DNA of 64,000 nucleotides from an uncultured bacterium (GTDB taxonomy: Bacteria > Armatimonadota > JACIXR01): the NCBI GenBank assembly GCA_938041455.1, contig CALITO010000023.1, positions 370-64,369 of the forward strand, in the 5' to 3' direction. Under the pieces are notes generated by a model. The model did no database searches and had not been told where the DNA came from. It saw only the letters and a list, made by a program, of their open reading frames with translations. Shown in pieces: positions 24,611 through 33,672 of the stretch. A program made the translations under genes and the position numbers. The stretch's first letter is position 1. Every line of letters begins with the position of its first letter.

Positions 24611-25402
24611 TTAAATGAACTGCCTCAGATAATTCACACTTCTGGGAAGGCTCTCCTCGGGTTCCCCTGGCACACCACACTCCATAGCCATAAAGTTTTC
24701 AAAACCTATTTCCTTAAGGGCGGAAAATCCACTCTTGAAATCCGTATGTCCCCAACCCGGAAGGAGGCGGTTGGAATCAGCAAGGTGTATATGCTTAAGA
24801 TACTTTCCCGCCGACCTAATCGCTTGGGCAATATCAGCTTCTTCTATAGACATATGGAAGAAATCTCCCATTATCTTTACTCCCTCCCTGCCAACCTTCT
24901 CACAGAACCAAACAGCCTGCTCAAGGCGGTTGATGAAGTGCGTCTCGTAGCGATTGAGGGGTTCCAGAAGGAGGTAAGTTCCTACCTTTTCAGCGTGGGC
25001 ACCCAGCTCCTCCAACAACTTAAGGAGCAAGTCCCTCTCCAACTCATAGGGAGTATAGAGGGGACTTAGGTCGGGAACACGGGGATGTCCGAAGATGGGA
25101 ACGAATATCACTCCCACAGCGCCCAAATCGGCAGCCGCTGAGAGTATCTCCTTGCAATCGGAGGTGGCAAGTTCCCTTTGGGAGCGGTCCGCATCCAGTG
25201 GCGTTCCCCTATAGCCAGCACAGATTGTGGAAATGGGAATTCCTACTTTCTCCACCACCTTCTTTATATGCTGGACTCTTTCCCTATCCCTTAACTCGCT
25301 CCCCCAGAGTTCTATTCCCTCAAAGCCGAATCTCTTGGCGTTCTCCGCCCTCTCCAAAAGGTCCCTCCCAGGAAGCATACCATCTTGGCAAGCTATTTTC
25401 AC
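24611..25402 (-). CDS. sugar phosphate isomerase/epimerase
   Basis: LEPLNRYE, DFFHM, HLADSNR, PGWGHTDF. Confidence 0.92.
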   Translation of the reverse strand: MKIACQDGMLPGRDLLERAENAKRFGFEGIELWGSELRDRERVQHIKKVVEKVGIPISTICAGYRGTPLDADRSQRELATSDCKEILSAAADLGAVGVIFVPIFGHPRVPDLSPLYTPYELERDLLLKLLEELGAHAEKVGTYLLLEPLNRYETHFINRLEQAVWFCEKVGREGVKIMGDFFHMSIEEADIAQAIRSAGKYLKHIHLADSNRLLPGWGHTDFKSGFSALKEIGFENFMAMECGVPGEPEESLPRSVNYLRQFI

Positions 25403-25516
25403 AATAAATCACCTCCAGAAATTTCTTTCAAAACAAAAGAATATACATTCAAAGCAATCCGTCAATTAAAAATTTAGCGGGATATGCCCTCCCTTCCCCA
25501 ATTATTCGGATTTTGT

Positions 25517-25544
25517 TTGACTTAAATCTTCTAAGAAATATAAT
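25517..25544 (+). promoter_or_regulatory. sigma70-type promoter of the hdr operon
   Basis: TTGACT-N16-TATAAT upstream of SD GAGGTGA. Confidence 0.65.
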
Positions 25545-25562
25545 TTATCAGAGGTGATTCTG

Positions 25563-26102
25563 ATGCTTGATCTTGTTGCGGATGATACTTTGGCAAACCA
25601 GATAAAGGAAATCTGTGGAGAGGATGTCAGGAAATGCTATCAGTGTGGGAAATGCACTGCCAGTTGCCCCCTCTCCTTCGCTATGGACATCAAACCTAAT
25701 CAGGTTATGCGGATGGCTCAACTCGGCTTGAGAGATGTCCTCTCCTCTTCTACCATTTGGATATGCGCCTCCTGTGCTTCCTGCACTGCCCGTTGCCCTC
25801 TCGATATTCGCATATCTTATGTTATGGATGCGCTGCGAGAAATCGCCCTAAAAGAGGATGTTTCTCCTAAGGAACCAAATATTCCCCTCTTCCACAAAAT
25901 TTTCTGCCGATGGGTGGGGTGGCTGGGAAAACTCTATGAACTCGGTTTTATTATGGAATATAAACTGCGAAGCAGGCAATTGTTCAATGACATAGCTATG
26001 GGCATAAAGATGTTCCTTCGGGGAAAATTGAACCCTTTCCCTTCCACCTCGCCCAATAGTGAGGTTGTGAGACAACTTATGGAGAAAACTGGTCAGAAAT
26101 GA
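25563..26102 (+). CDS. hdrC: heterodisulfide reductase subunit C
   Basis: CYQCGKCTASCP and WICASCASCTARCP 4Fe-4S motifs; first gene before hdrB and hdrA. Confidence 0.93.
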   Translation: MLDLVADDTLANQIKEICGEDVRKCYQCGKCTASCPLSFAMDIKPNQVMRMAQLGLRDVLSSSTIWICASCASCTARCPLDIRISYVMDALREIALKEDVSPKEPNIPLFHKIFCRWVGWLGKLYELGFIMEYKLRSRQLFNDIAMGIKMFLRGKLNPFPSTSPNSEVVRQLMEKTGQK

Positions 26103-26962
26103 AGGTTGCCTACTTCCCCGGCTGCAGCCTGCATTCCACAGGGATAGAATTTGATATATCGGTAAGGGAAGTCTGTAAGGCTTTGGAGATAGATTTGGAG
26201 GAAATAGAGGGATGGGTATGCTGTGGGGCGACTTCCGCTCACGCTACGAATCATCTCCTTTCACTCGCAATGCCGGCCTATTCCCTTGCTCTTGCCGAAC
26301 GAATGGATGTCCAGGATGTTGTTGCCCCTTGTGCTGCCTGCTTCAATCGCTTAAAACACGCCGTTGTCCTCTCTCAACAAAACGAGGAGACATATAACAA
26401 AATAAAGGAACTTCTTCCCATTCCCTGGGAAAATAAACTGCGGGTTCGCAACCTTTTGGACATCTTCAGCAATATGTTAGAGGAGATAAGCTCAAAGGTC
26501 ACAAAACCACTCTCCGATATCAAACTCGCCTGCTACTACGGTTGCCTTCTCCTCCGCCCACCTCATATCTGTCAGTTCGACAACCCAGAGAATCCCCAAA
26601 CTATGGACGAATTGATGAAAGCCTGCGGAGCCCAGGTTGTGGATTGGGCTTTCAAAACGGAATGCTGTGGTGCCAATCTGACCATCCCTCGTCCAGATCT
26701 CGTTGTAGAATTGACCTATAGGATTCTCAAATCCGCCAAGACCGCGGGAGCAGATGCTATAGTAACTGCCTGCCCTTTCTGCCATCTCAACCTTGATGCC
26801 CGCCAAGCCGATATCCATAAAACAAAAGGGGAGCTATTCAACATTCCCATTCTTTATTTCACTCAAATCCTTGGAATCGCTCTTGGCGTTCCCCCGAAAA
26901 AGTTGGGCTTGACTCGCCACCTTGTAGACCCCTTTCTCCTACCCGCCCTCAGGAGGAGATAA
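26099..26962 (+). CDS. hdrB: heterodisulfide reductase subunit B
   Basis: Two CCG domains: YFPGC...CCGA...CAAC and YYGC...CCGA...CPFC. Confidence 0.95.
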   Translation: MKVAYFPGCSLHSTGIEFDISVREVCKALEIDLEEIEGWVCCGATSAHATNHLLSLAMPAYSLALAERMDVQDVVAPCAACFNRLKHAVVLSQQNEETYNKIKELLPIPWENKLRVRNLLDIFSNMLEEISSKVTKPLSDIKLACYYGCLLLRPPHICQFDNPENPQTMDELMKACGAQVVDWAFKTECCGANLTIPRPDLVVELTYRILKSAKTAGADAIVTACPFCHLNLDARQADIHKTKGELFNIPILYFTQILGIALGVPPKKLGLTRHLVDPFLLPALRRR

Positions 26963-26967
26963 TATAT

Positions 26968-28953
26968 ATGACCCGTATTGGCGTCTTCGTATGCTGGTGT
27001 GGAGCTAATATAGCGAGGACAGTGGATGTGGAACTCGTTGCCCAAAAAGCTTCCACTCTACCAGGTGTCGTCTATTCTACCTCCTATCTCTATATGTGCT
27101 CTGACCCGGGTCAGGCACTCATAAAGGATGCCATAAGAGATTATAACCTGGATAGAGTTGTTGTAGCTTCCTGCTCCCCTGCAATGCATGAACCCACTTT
27201 TCGGAAAGCAGTTGAGGAAGGGGGACTTAATCCCTATTTTATGGAGATGGCAAATATCAGGGAGCAGAATTCCTGGGTCCACGATGATAGAGTAGCGGCG
27301 ACGGAGAAAGCGTTTGAATTAATAGCGGCCACCGTGGAGAGGGTTAAGAGAGCCCAGCCTTTGGAGCCCTTGGGGTTCAGCGTGGAGAAGAAAGCCTTGG
27401 TAATAGGGGGAGGGATAGCGGGAATCCAAGCTGCACTGGATATAGCGGAGGCAGGTTTTAAGGTTTACCTCGTGGAGAAGACCCCAAGTATAGGAGGAAG
27501 GATGGCGCAATTTGATAAAACCTTTCCCACCCTTGACTGCGCTATGTGCATTCTCTCCCCCAAAATGGTTGACTGCTATCGCCATCCCAATATTACCATC
27601 CTTTCTTATAGTGAGATTGAAGAGGTCAAGGGCTTTGTAGGGAATTTTGAAGTTACCATAAGGAAGAAAGCTCGCTCGGTGGACGAGAAACTATGCACCG
27701 GTTGTGGACTGTGCATTGAGAAGTGTCCAAGTAAAGCCAAGAGCGAATTTGATGAAGGGGTGGGAGAAAGGAAAGCCATTTATATTCCTTTTCCCCAAGC
27801 GGTTCCTCTCGTTCCTGTCATAGATAGGGAAGCTTGCCTTTGGTTTAGCAAAGGTAGATGTGGGCTTTGCCAAAGGGTTTGTCCCACCAAGGCCATAGAT
27901 TATTCCCAACAAGATACATTTATAAAGGAGAGATTCGGGACAATAATTGTAGCGACCGGCGCCGATGTGTTTGACCCTGTGGTTTACGAAGAATATGGTT
28001 ATGGGCGATATCCCGATGTCATTACGTCCGCTCAGTTGGAAAGGATAATAGACCCTTCTGGGCCCACAAAAGGTGAAATATTAAGACCCTCGGATGGGAA
28101 ACATCCCCAAAGCGTGGTCTTTATCCAGTGTGTGGGCTCCAGGGACGAGCAGAAAGGCTATCCCTACTGTTCTCGTGTTTGTTGTATGTATACAGCAAAG
28201 CACGCCTTCCTTCTAAGGGAGCATTTGCCTAATGTCAAACTCTACATCTTTTACATAGATATTAGGGCATTTGGCAAAGGATATGAGGAGTTTGTGAGAA
28301 GGGTGCAGGATGAGTTGGGCGCCAATTATATAAGGGGACGAGTGGGTAGGATATATCCAGAAAAAGGGAAGTTAATCGTTCAGGGAGCGGACACCCTTTT
28401 AGGACAACAGGTCAGGATTGAGGCTGACCTGGTAGTTTTAGCAACGGCGCTTGTTCCCCAAAAGGATGTAGAGGAACTTGCTCGCAAACTAAGCATCTCA
28501 ACTGACCAGTATGGATGGCTGATGGAAGCTCACCCCAAGCTCCGTCCCGCTGAAACGATGACCAAGGGGATATTCATCGCAGGCACCTGCCAGTTTCCCA
28601 AGGATATATCAGATAGTGTTGCCCAGGCCTCGGCAGCCGCTTCCAAGGCCATAGCCATCCTACAACAGGAATGGCTATATTCCGAACCAGTGGTGGCAAG
28701 AGTTAACAAGAACAAATGTGTGGGCTGTTTCGCCTGTAAGGAGGTCTGTCCATATTCTGCCATAGAGGAGGAGGCATTGGTTGAACAAACCTCTGGTTTG
28801 GAGAAGCGGGTAGCAAAGGTGAACGAGGGACTATGTCAGGGTTGTGGGAACTGTGCATCAGCCTGCAGATCGCAAGCGATTGACCTCCTCGGCTTCACCT
28901 CTGAGGAATTAATAGCCCAATTGGAGGGATTGGCAAAAGTTGAAAGAGAATAA
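26968..28953 (+). CDS. hdrA: heterodisulfide reductase subunit A
   Basis: RIGVFVCWCG, ANIREQ, VIGGGIAG, DKTFPTLDCAMC, QCVGSRD, YCSRVCC, HPKLRP, inserted and C-terminal ferredoxin domains. Confidence 0.97.
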   Translation: MTRIGVFVCWCGANIARTVDVELVAQKASTLPGVVYSTSYLYMCSDPGQALIKDAIRDYNLDRVVVASCSPAMHEPTFRKAVEEGGLNPYFMEMANIREQNSWVHDDRVAATEKAFELIAATVERVKRAQPLEPLGFSVEKKALVIGGGIAGIQAALDIAEAGFKVYLVEKTPSIGGRMAQFDKTFPTLDCAMCILSPKMVDCYRHPNITILSYSEIEEVKGFVGNFEVTIRKKARSVDEKLCTGCGLCIEKCPSKAKSEFDEGVGERKAIYIPFPQAVPLVPVIDREACLWFSKGRCGLCQRVCPTKAIDYSQQDTFIKERFGTIIVATGADVFDPVVYEEYGYGRYPDVITSAQLERIIDPSGPTKGEILRPSDGKHPQSVVFIQCVGSRDEQKGYPYCSRVCCMYTAKHAFLLREHLPNVKLYIFYIDIRAFGKGYEEFVRRVQDELGANYIRGRVGRIYPEKGKLIVQGADTLLGQQVRIEADLVVLATALVPQKDVEELARKLSISTDQYGWLMEAHPKLRPAETMTKGIFIAGTCQFPKDISDSVAQASAAASKAIAILQQEWLYSEPVVARVNKNKCVGCFACKEVCPYSAIEEEALVEQTSGLEKRVAKVNEGLCQGCGNCASACRSQAIDLLGFTSEELIAQLEGLAKVERE

Positions 28954-29419
28954 GGAGTGGATACCCAAAATCCTCGCTTTGCTGTGTCGCTGGTGTGCCT
29001 ATGCTGGCGCTGATTTAGCAGGGACCTCCCGCATCCCCTACCCTCCCTCTCCCAGGATAATCCGCTTCCCCTGTTCCGCCCGAATGGACCCCTATTTCGT
29101 CATAAAGGGGTTTAGAGAGGGATTTGACGGTGTTTTAGTAGCTGGTTGTCATCCTGGTGATTGCCATTATTCCGTGGGTAATTATTACGCACGGCGCAGA
29201 TTTATGCTACTTAAGGAGCTCCTGCTCTTCGCCGGGATAGAGCCTGAGCGTATCCAAATGAGATGGATTTCCGCTGCGGAGGGGAAAAAGTTCGCCCAAG
29301 TGGTAAACGAGATGACAGAGGATATCCGCCGTGTGGGCCCCTTAAAATTGAAAGAGGAGGCATTGGAAATCATCTTGAAAAAGGAAGAAGTATGGCAACC
29401 TTTACCTGGCTCGGAGTAA
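28940..29419 (+). CDS. mvhD: MvhD/FlxD-type [2Fe-2S] subunit
   Basis: CRWCAYAGADLAG, PCSARMD, GCHPGDCHY, WISAAEG. Confidence 0.95.
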   Translation: MKENKEWIPKILALLCRWCAYAGADLAGTSRIPYPPSPRIIRFPCSARMDPYFVIKGFREGFDGVLVAGCHPGDCHYSVGNYYARRRFMLLKELLLFAGIEPERIQMRWISAAEGKKFAQVVNEMTEDIRRVGPLKLKEEALEIILKKEEVWQPLPGSE

Positions 29420-29769
29420 TTGGGCTCGTCTTCACCGGCCTCCTAGTAGGGGTGTTCAGCGGGTTCTTCGGCTTAGGAGGTGGGGTAATCATCATCCCCG
29501 TTCTCACCGAGGTATTCAAGATGGCGCCCCATAAGGCGCTCGGCACCAGCCTCGCCATTATGTTCCCCACCGCTTTTATGGGAGCTTTTCGCCACGCCCA
29601 CTATGGAAATACAGACCTAAAAGTAGCAATTATTATGTGGTGCGGTTCCCTTTTGGGTGCATTCCTAGGCGCCACCTGGGTCTCCCAAATACCTGGCAAC
29701 CTCGTCAAGAAACTCCTCGCAATCGTCATTATCCTGATCGCCCTGCGTATGTTCTTCTCAAAATCCTAA
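29392..29769 (+). CDS. half-size TauE/SafE (TSUP) family transporter
   Basis: GVFSGFFGLGGGVIIIP, ALGTSLA, GAFLGA; 125 aa from ATG 29392 (one 4-TM unit). Confidence 0.85.
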   Translation: MATFTWLGVIGLVFTGLLVGVFSGFFGLGGGVIIIPVLTEVFKMAPHKALGTSLAIMFPTAFMGAFRHAHYGNTDLKVAIIMWCGSLLGAFLGATWVSQIPGNLVKKLLAIVIILIALRMFFSKS

Positions 29770-30830
29770 CTACCCAGAGGACGGAAGATGTCCCCCAATA
29801 ACCACCCTATTAAAAAAAGAGGAAATACGAAATTCCCTCCCCAAATGAGAACACTCTCCCAAATAAGGGGGAGGGAAATCCCCATCACCAATACCCCAAG
29901 AAAAGAGAACCCATAGGCTTTCCACACCGAGGGGGAGGTATGCTCCTGTATGGCTGATAATATGACATATAAGCCGAGAGAACCCCAAAAAGAGCCGAAG
30001 GCGAAGAAGCAGAGTACCAATCCTAAGGGTAAGTAACCCCTCCTTATCCAGCTGAGAGCGAAGATTAACTCCTCGTCGTGGGGACGGAGAAAGCCAGAAC
30101 AGCCTGAGAAAAAACCAAGTGCCAAGCCGGAAAGGCAGAGAGCTGTAATAAGGTTCGGGCTAAAATTAGCAAAGGGAAAATGCCTTATAGCCTCCCCAGG
30201 ATTATTTTTTACCCACCAAGCGATGGGGATGAGAGATAGTAAACCGAGAGCAAAGAGGAAAGGAGAAAAAACTCTCGCCCTCTTAATCTCCCCCTTTTCC
30301 CTGCCTACGACTCTTCTTTCCCCCTTCAGGAGTCTATCCAGCTTCTCCGCATATATAGGCTTATATGGATCGAATTGCACAGCATAGGAATACATCTCTA
30401 TTGCTTCTTTTGTTCTTCCCTGGAGTCTAAATATATCCCCTAATAGATTATAAGCGAAGGCGTTTTTGGGATCCTTCTTCAAAACCTCATTGCATAATTC
30501 CACCGCGTCTTTCAAGTTTCCCCTGATGAGTGCTATCTCCGCGCGTAGTAGCAACCCTTCCATATCCACTGGAGGACGAGGAGGAATCTCCACCTCCGTG
30601 GTGGCAAAGGGTTTCCTCGTCCTCCTCGAGGCATCGTATAATCGGCGTTTCTCAGGATCACTTAAAACCTTATACGCTTCCAATATTTGGCGGAATAACT
30701 CGTGGCTAAATAGTTTATCCGGATGGACATCGGGATGATACCTCCGCACAAGCTCTCTAAAGCGTCTTTTTATCTCCTCGCCCGAGGCAGAAGGTTCAAT
30801 GCCCAGTATTTGGTAGTAGTCCTTTACCAT
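29766..30830 (-). CDS. J-domain + TPR + membrane-domain co-chaperone
   Basis: DYYQILG...RYHPD...AYKVLSDPEKRRLYD; TPR helices; hydrophobic C-terminus. Confidence 0.88.
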   Translation of the reverse strand: MVKDYYQILGIEPSASGEEIKRRFRELVRRYHPDVHPDKLFSHELFRQILEAYKVLSDPEKRRLYDASRRTRKPFATTEVEIPPRPPVDMEGLLLRAEIALIRGNLKDAVELCNEVLKKDPKNAFAYNLLGDIFRLQGRTKEAIEMYSYAVQFDPYKPIYAEKLDRLLKGERRVVGREKGEIKRARVFSPFLFALGLLSLIPIAWWVKNNPGEAIRHFPFANFSPNLITALCLSGLALGFFSGCSGFLRPHDEELIFALSWIRRGYLPLGLVLCFFAFGSFWGSLGLYVILSAIQEHTSPSVWKAYGFSFLGVLVMGISLPLIWESVLIWGGNFVFPLFLIGWLLGDIFRPLGS

Positions 30831-30956
30831 CAGCAATTATATTTTACCCTTTTCCTTACTTTTCTTCCAATACCCTTGCACTGTGGTAAAAAACCACATA
30901 TTTTGATTTACAAATTTATTCTTCTCAATAAAATTGACGAAAATTTCCCTAAAGGA

Positions 30957-32024
30957 ATGGGAGCTGATGAACCTATGCCCCGACGCTTCGTTGTAGATTG
31001 GAATAGAATCAAAGAACGCCATCGCGCCTGGTGGCGAGGTGAAGGGTTCCTCTTCCAGATAGTAGCGCCAAAGAAACCGATGGAGTATCCTCCCCCAAAG
31101 GATCTCTATCAATATTGGGCTGACCCTCAGTACGTGGTTGGACGTTGGGAGGAGTATCTCTCCTCTGCTTACTTCCTCGGCGATGCATTCCCCTACATCT
31201 TCGTCAATCTCGGCCCCAGCATAGCCAGCGCTTATCTTGGCTGCCCCCTCGTCCTCAAAAACGATACCACCTGGCAGGAACCAATCATAGATGATGTAGA
31301 AGAACTTTTGAACTTGCATTTCTCTCCTGAAAACGAGTGGTGGCAGAGGACATTGGAGATAATATCCCTCGCTTGTCAGCGCGCGGGGGGCGAATTTATT
31401 GTGTCATTCACCGACCTTGGAGGGATAAGCGATATACTATCCCATCTACGGGGCCCCGCTCAGCTATGCCTTGATATGATAGAACATCCCGAGATTATAA
31501 GAAAGGCGGGAGAGTGGATTACGGATCTCTGGTTTAACCTCTATGAGGAACAATACGAGATATTGAAAAAATATCAGGAAGGAACCTGCGGGTGGCTTGC
31601 TATTTGGGCACCGGGCAAATCCTACCCCTTACAGGAGGACTTCTCCTGTATGATAAGCCCCCAGATGTTCAGGGAATTCCTCCTTCCCCATTTAGAGAGA
31701 CAAACAAGCTTCCTTGACTATTCCATTTATCACCTTGATGGACCAGGAGCGATAAAACACCTCGACACCATTTTGGAACTTCCCCATTTGCATGCCATTC
31801 AATGGGTACCGGGAGCAGGAGCTCCCCCAATGCGGGATTGGATTCCCCTCTTGCAGAGGATTCAAAAAGCAGGAAAAAGGCTTGTCCTGGATATAACCCC
31901 CGAGGATGTTGAACCTCTCCTTTCCGCTTTGGATAAAAGAGGCTTGTGCTTACGCACTTTGTGTGCTTCCAAAGAGGAAGGAGAACGGCTCCTAGAGATG
32001 GCAGAACAGTGGAACCTTCGTTAA
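30957..32024 (+). CDS. uroporphyrinogen decarboxylase-like / MtaA-CmuA-superfamily protein
   Basis: NLGP, LRGPAQLCLD, QEDFSCMISPQMFREF, YHLDGPGA, IQWVPG; start 30957 or 30975. Confidence 0.75.
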   Translation: MGADEPMPRRFVVDWNRIKERHRAWWRGEGFLFQIVAPKKPMEYPPPKDLYQYWADPQYVVGRWEEYLSSAYFLGDAFPYIFVNLGPSIASAYLGCPLVLKNDTTWQEPIIDDVEELLNLHFSPENEWWQRTLEIISLACQRAGGEFIVSFTDLGGISDILSHLRGPAQLCLDMIEHPEIIRKAGEWITDLWFNLYEEQYEILKKYQEGTCGWLAIWAPGKSYPLQEDFSCMISPQMFREFLLPHLERQTSFLDYSIYHLDGPGAIKHLDTILELPHLHAIQWVPGAGAPPMRDWIPLLQRIQKAGKRLVLDITPEDVEPLLSALDKRGLCLRTLCASKEEGERLLEMAEQWNLR

Positions 32025-32539
32025 GAAGAAAACTCCTCTATTTGCTTTTGAAAAGCGTCTAACATCTCGCCGCATTCCCTACTTTGCAAGTTGTCCAACC
32101 TCATAACAAAGGCATCCTCTTTGTTATCGCTGTAGTATTCTCTCCTTGTGTGGACTATTTTGAAGTTATACTTGTGGTAGAGATTTTGAGCAATTATGTT
32201 ACTAACTCTCACTTCTAAAATAGCGTATTCGGCGCCCCTTTTCCGTGCTTCTTTTAGAAGATGGAGGAAAAGTCTCTCCCCTATTTTTCTCCCCCGCCAA
32301 TCGGGGTCCACTGCTATAGTCGTTATATGTGCTTCCTCATTGACCACCCACATACCGGCGAAACCAACTACTTTATCTCCCACCGCTGCCACTATATAGT
32401 AGGCTCTTCTATTGAAGAGCTCACTAAAGAAAGCCCCGAAGGGCCAGACATTGCTAAAGGAACGCCTTTCTATCTCCGATACCTGCCTAAGATGGGTAAA
32501 CCTCATCCTTTCTATGCTTACATCAACTGCTTTCGCCAT
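32021..32539 (-). CDS. rimI: ribosomal-protein-alanine N-acetyltransferase
   Basis: EAHITTIAVDP, LEVRVSN, YYSDNKEDA; follows tsaB. Confidence 0.93.
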   Translation of the reverse strand: MAKAVDVSIERMRFTHLRQVSEIERRSFSNVWPFGAFFSELFNRRAYYIVAAVGDKVVGFAGMWVVNEEAHITTIAVDPDWRGRKIGERLFLHLLKEARKRGAEYAILEVRVSNIIAQNLYHKYNFKIVHTRREYYSDNKEDAFVMRLDNLQSRECGEMLDAFQKQIEEFSS

Positions 32540-33191
32540 ATAGTCTCCTTTCCGCTTGTGAAGCTCTTAGGTAATTGGGCAACAATTTCAGGGGATCATC
32601 CCGCTCACCAACAATAATACTTTCCCTCCCCAATTGAGCAAGGATTCCCCCACGAGGAGGAAAGGAAAGCTCGGTTAAAGTTATATTAGCCGGAATGGAA
32701 GAGGGATGTAAAGAGGGATGGAGAGCCAAATAAACGGGTTCCTTTATCCTCTCTAAGAGAGAAAGAAATTGGGGTAAAGTGCAGATTGTATCTGGAACGA
32801 GGGGAGATTTTCCCTTATAAGCTCCCCCATAGACCTCCCCTCCGTAGGCAGGTATAGCTACAGCCCGTGCGCCTTCGTGGGGAAGGGAGAAAGAAAGAAC
32901 GAGAAGGGTAGATATGCCCTTTAGTGGCTTATTTGTGAAATAAGAGAAAGTTTTACAAGCCGCTAAGGCGATACGCAAGCCTGTAAAGGAGCCCGGTCCT
33001 ATTCCTACTGCATAACCTTCTATATCCTCAAGTCTTAGTCTCTCAGCAAGGAGGAAATGGGAAAGGCTGGGAAACAACTCGTAAGCGGAACCTATTTCCC
33101 CTCTAACTAACATCTCCCCCCTCACTCCCTCCTCATCGGCAAGCCCTAAACTCACATAGGAAAAGGAGGTATCAATTCCTAACACTAACAA
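32523..33191 (-). CDS. tsaB: t6A biosynthesis protein TsaB
   Basis: LGIDTS, GPGSFTGLRI, PNYLR. Confidence 0.95.
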   Translation of the reverse strand: MLVLGIDTSFSYVSLGLADEEGVRGEMLVRGEIGSAYELFPSLSHFLLAERLRLEDIEGYAVGIGPGSFTGLRIALAACKTFSYFTNKPLKGISTLLVLSFSLPHEGARAVAIPAYGGEVYGGAYKGKSPLVPDTICTLPQFLSLLERIKEPVYLALHPSLHPSSIPANITLTELSFPPRGGILAQLGRESIIVGERDDPLKLLPNYLRASQAERRLYGESS

Positions 33192-33672
33192 TCTTCTTCA
33201 TCTCCTCAAGGATTTCCTGGTATCTCTGCCCCTTAGGGTAAAATGTCAGAAGGCGTCCGCTGTGTTCATAAGAAATATTTATCCAGAGGCAAGAGAAAGG
33301 GAGTATAGATTTGGCTTTTTCAGCCCACTCTATGGCGCATACCCCCTCGCCGTAGAGATATTCCTCTAATCCTAACTCTCTTATCTCCTCCTCCTCTACC
33401 CGATAGAGGTCTATATGAAAAAGGGGAATTCTTCCCTTGTGGAGGGCAATGATTATGAAGGAAGGGCTGAACACTCCCTCTTTAATCCCCAATCCCTCAG
33501 CAATGCCCCCTATCAAGCAGGTTTTACCGCTACCTAATTCCCCCTCGAGACAGAATATATCCCCCCTCTCCGCCTGAGCGCCTAAGATTCTCCCTATAAA
33601 ATGGGTGTATTGGGGAGAGACACTTTCTATTCGGAGGATTTTTCCCTCGCTAAACGAATCAATCTTCGCCAC
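33172..33672 (-). CDS. tsaE: t6A biosynthesis ATPase TsaE
   Basis: GELGSGKT, SPSF, HIDLYR, IEWAE; start uncertain. Confidence 0.93.
   Translation of the reverse strand: MAKIDSFSEGKILRIESVSPQYTHFIGRILGAQAERGDIFCLEGELGSGKTCLIGGIAEGLGIKEGVFSPSFIIIALHKGRIPLFHIDLYRVEEEEIRELGLEEYLYGEGVCAIEWAEKAKSILPFSCLWINISYEHSGRLLTFYPKGQRYQEILEEMKKIVSVRN

Noticed and set aside
21781-25510. Short similar intergenic words (ttcccca[a]ttattc, gggagggcat) near 21790 and 25490
   Set aside because: Too short and purine/pyrimidine-biased to separate from chance.
26968-29419. Selenocysteine in HdrA or MvhD
   Set aside because: Both ORFs are uninterrupted and the usual Sec positions are Cys.
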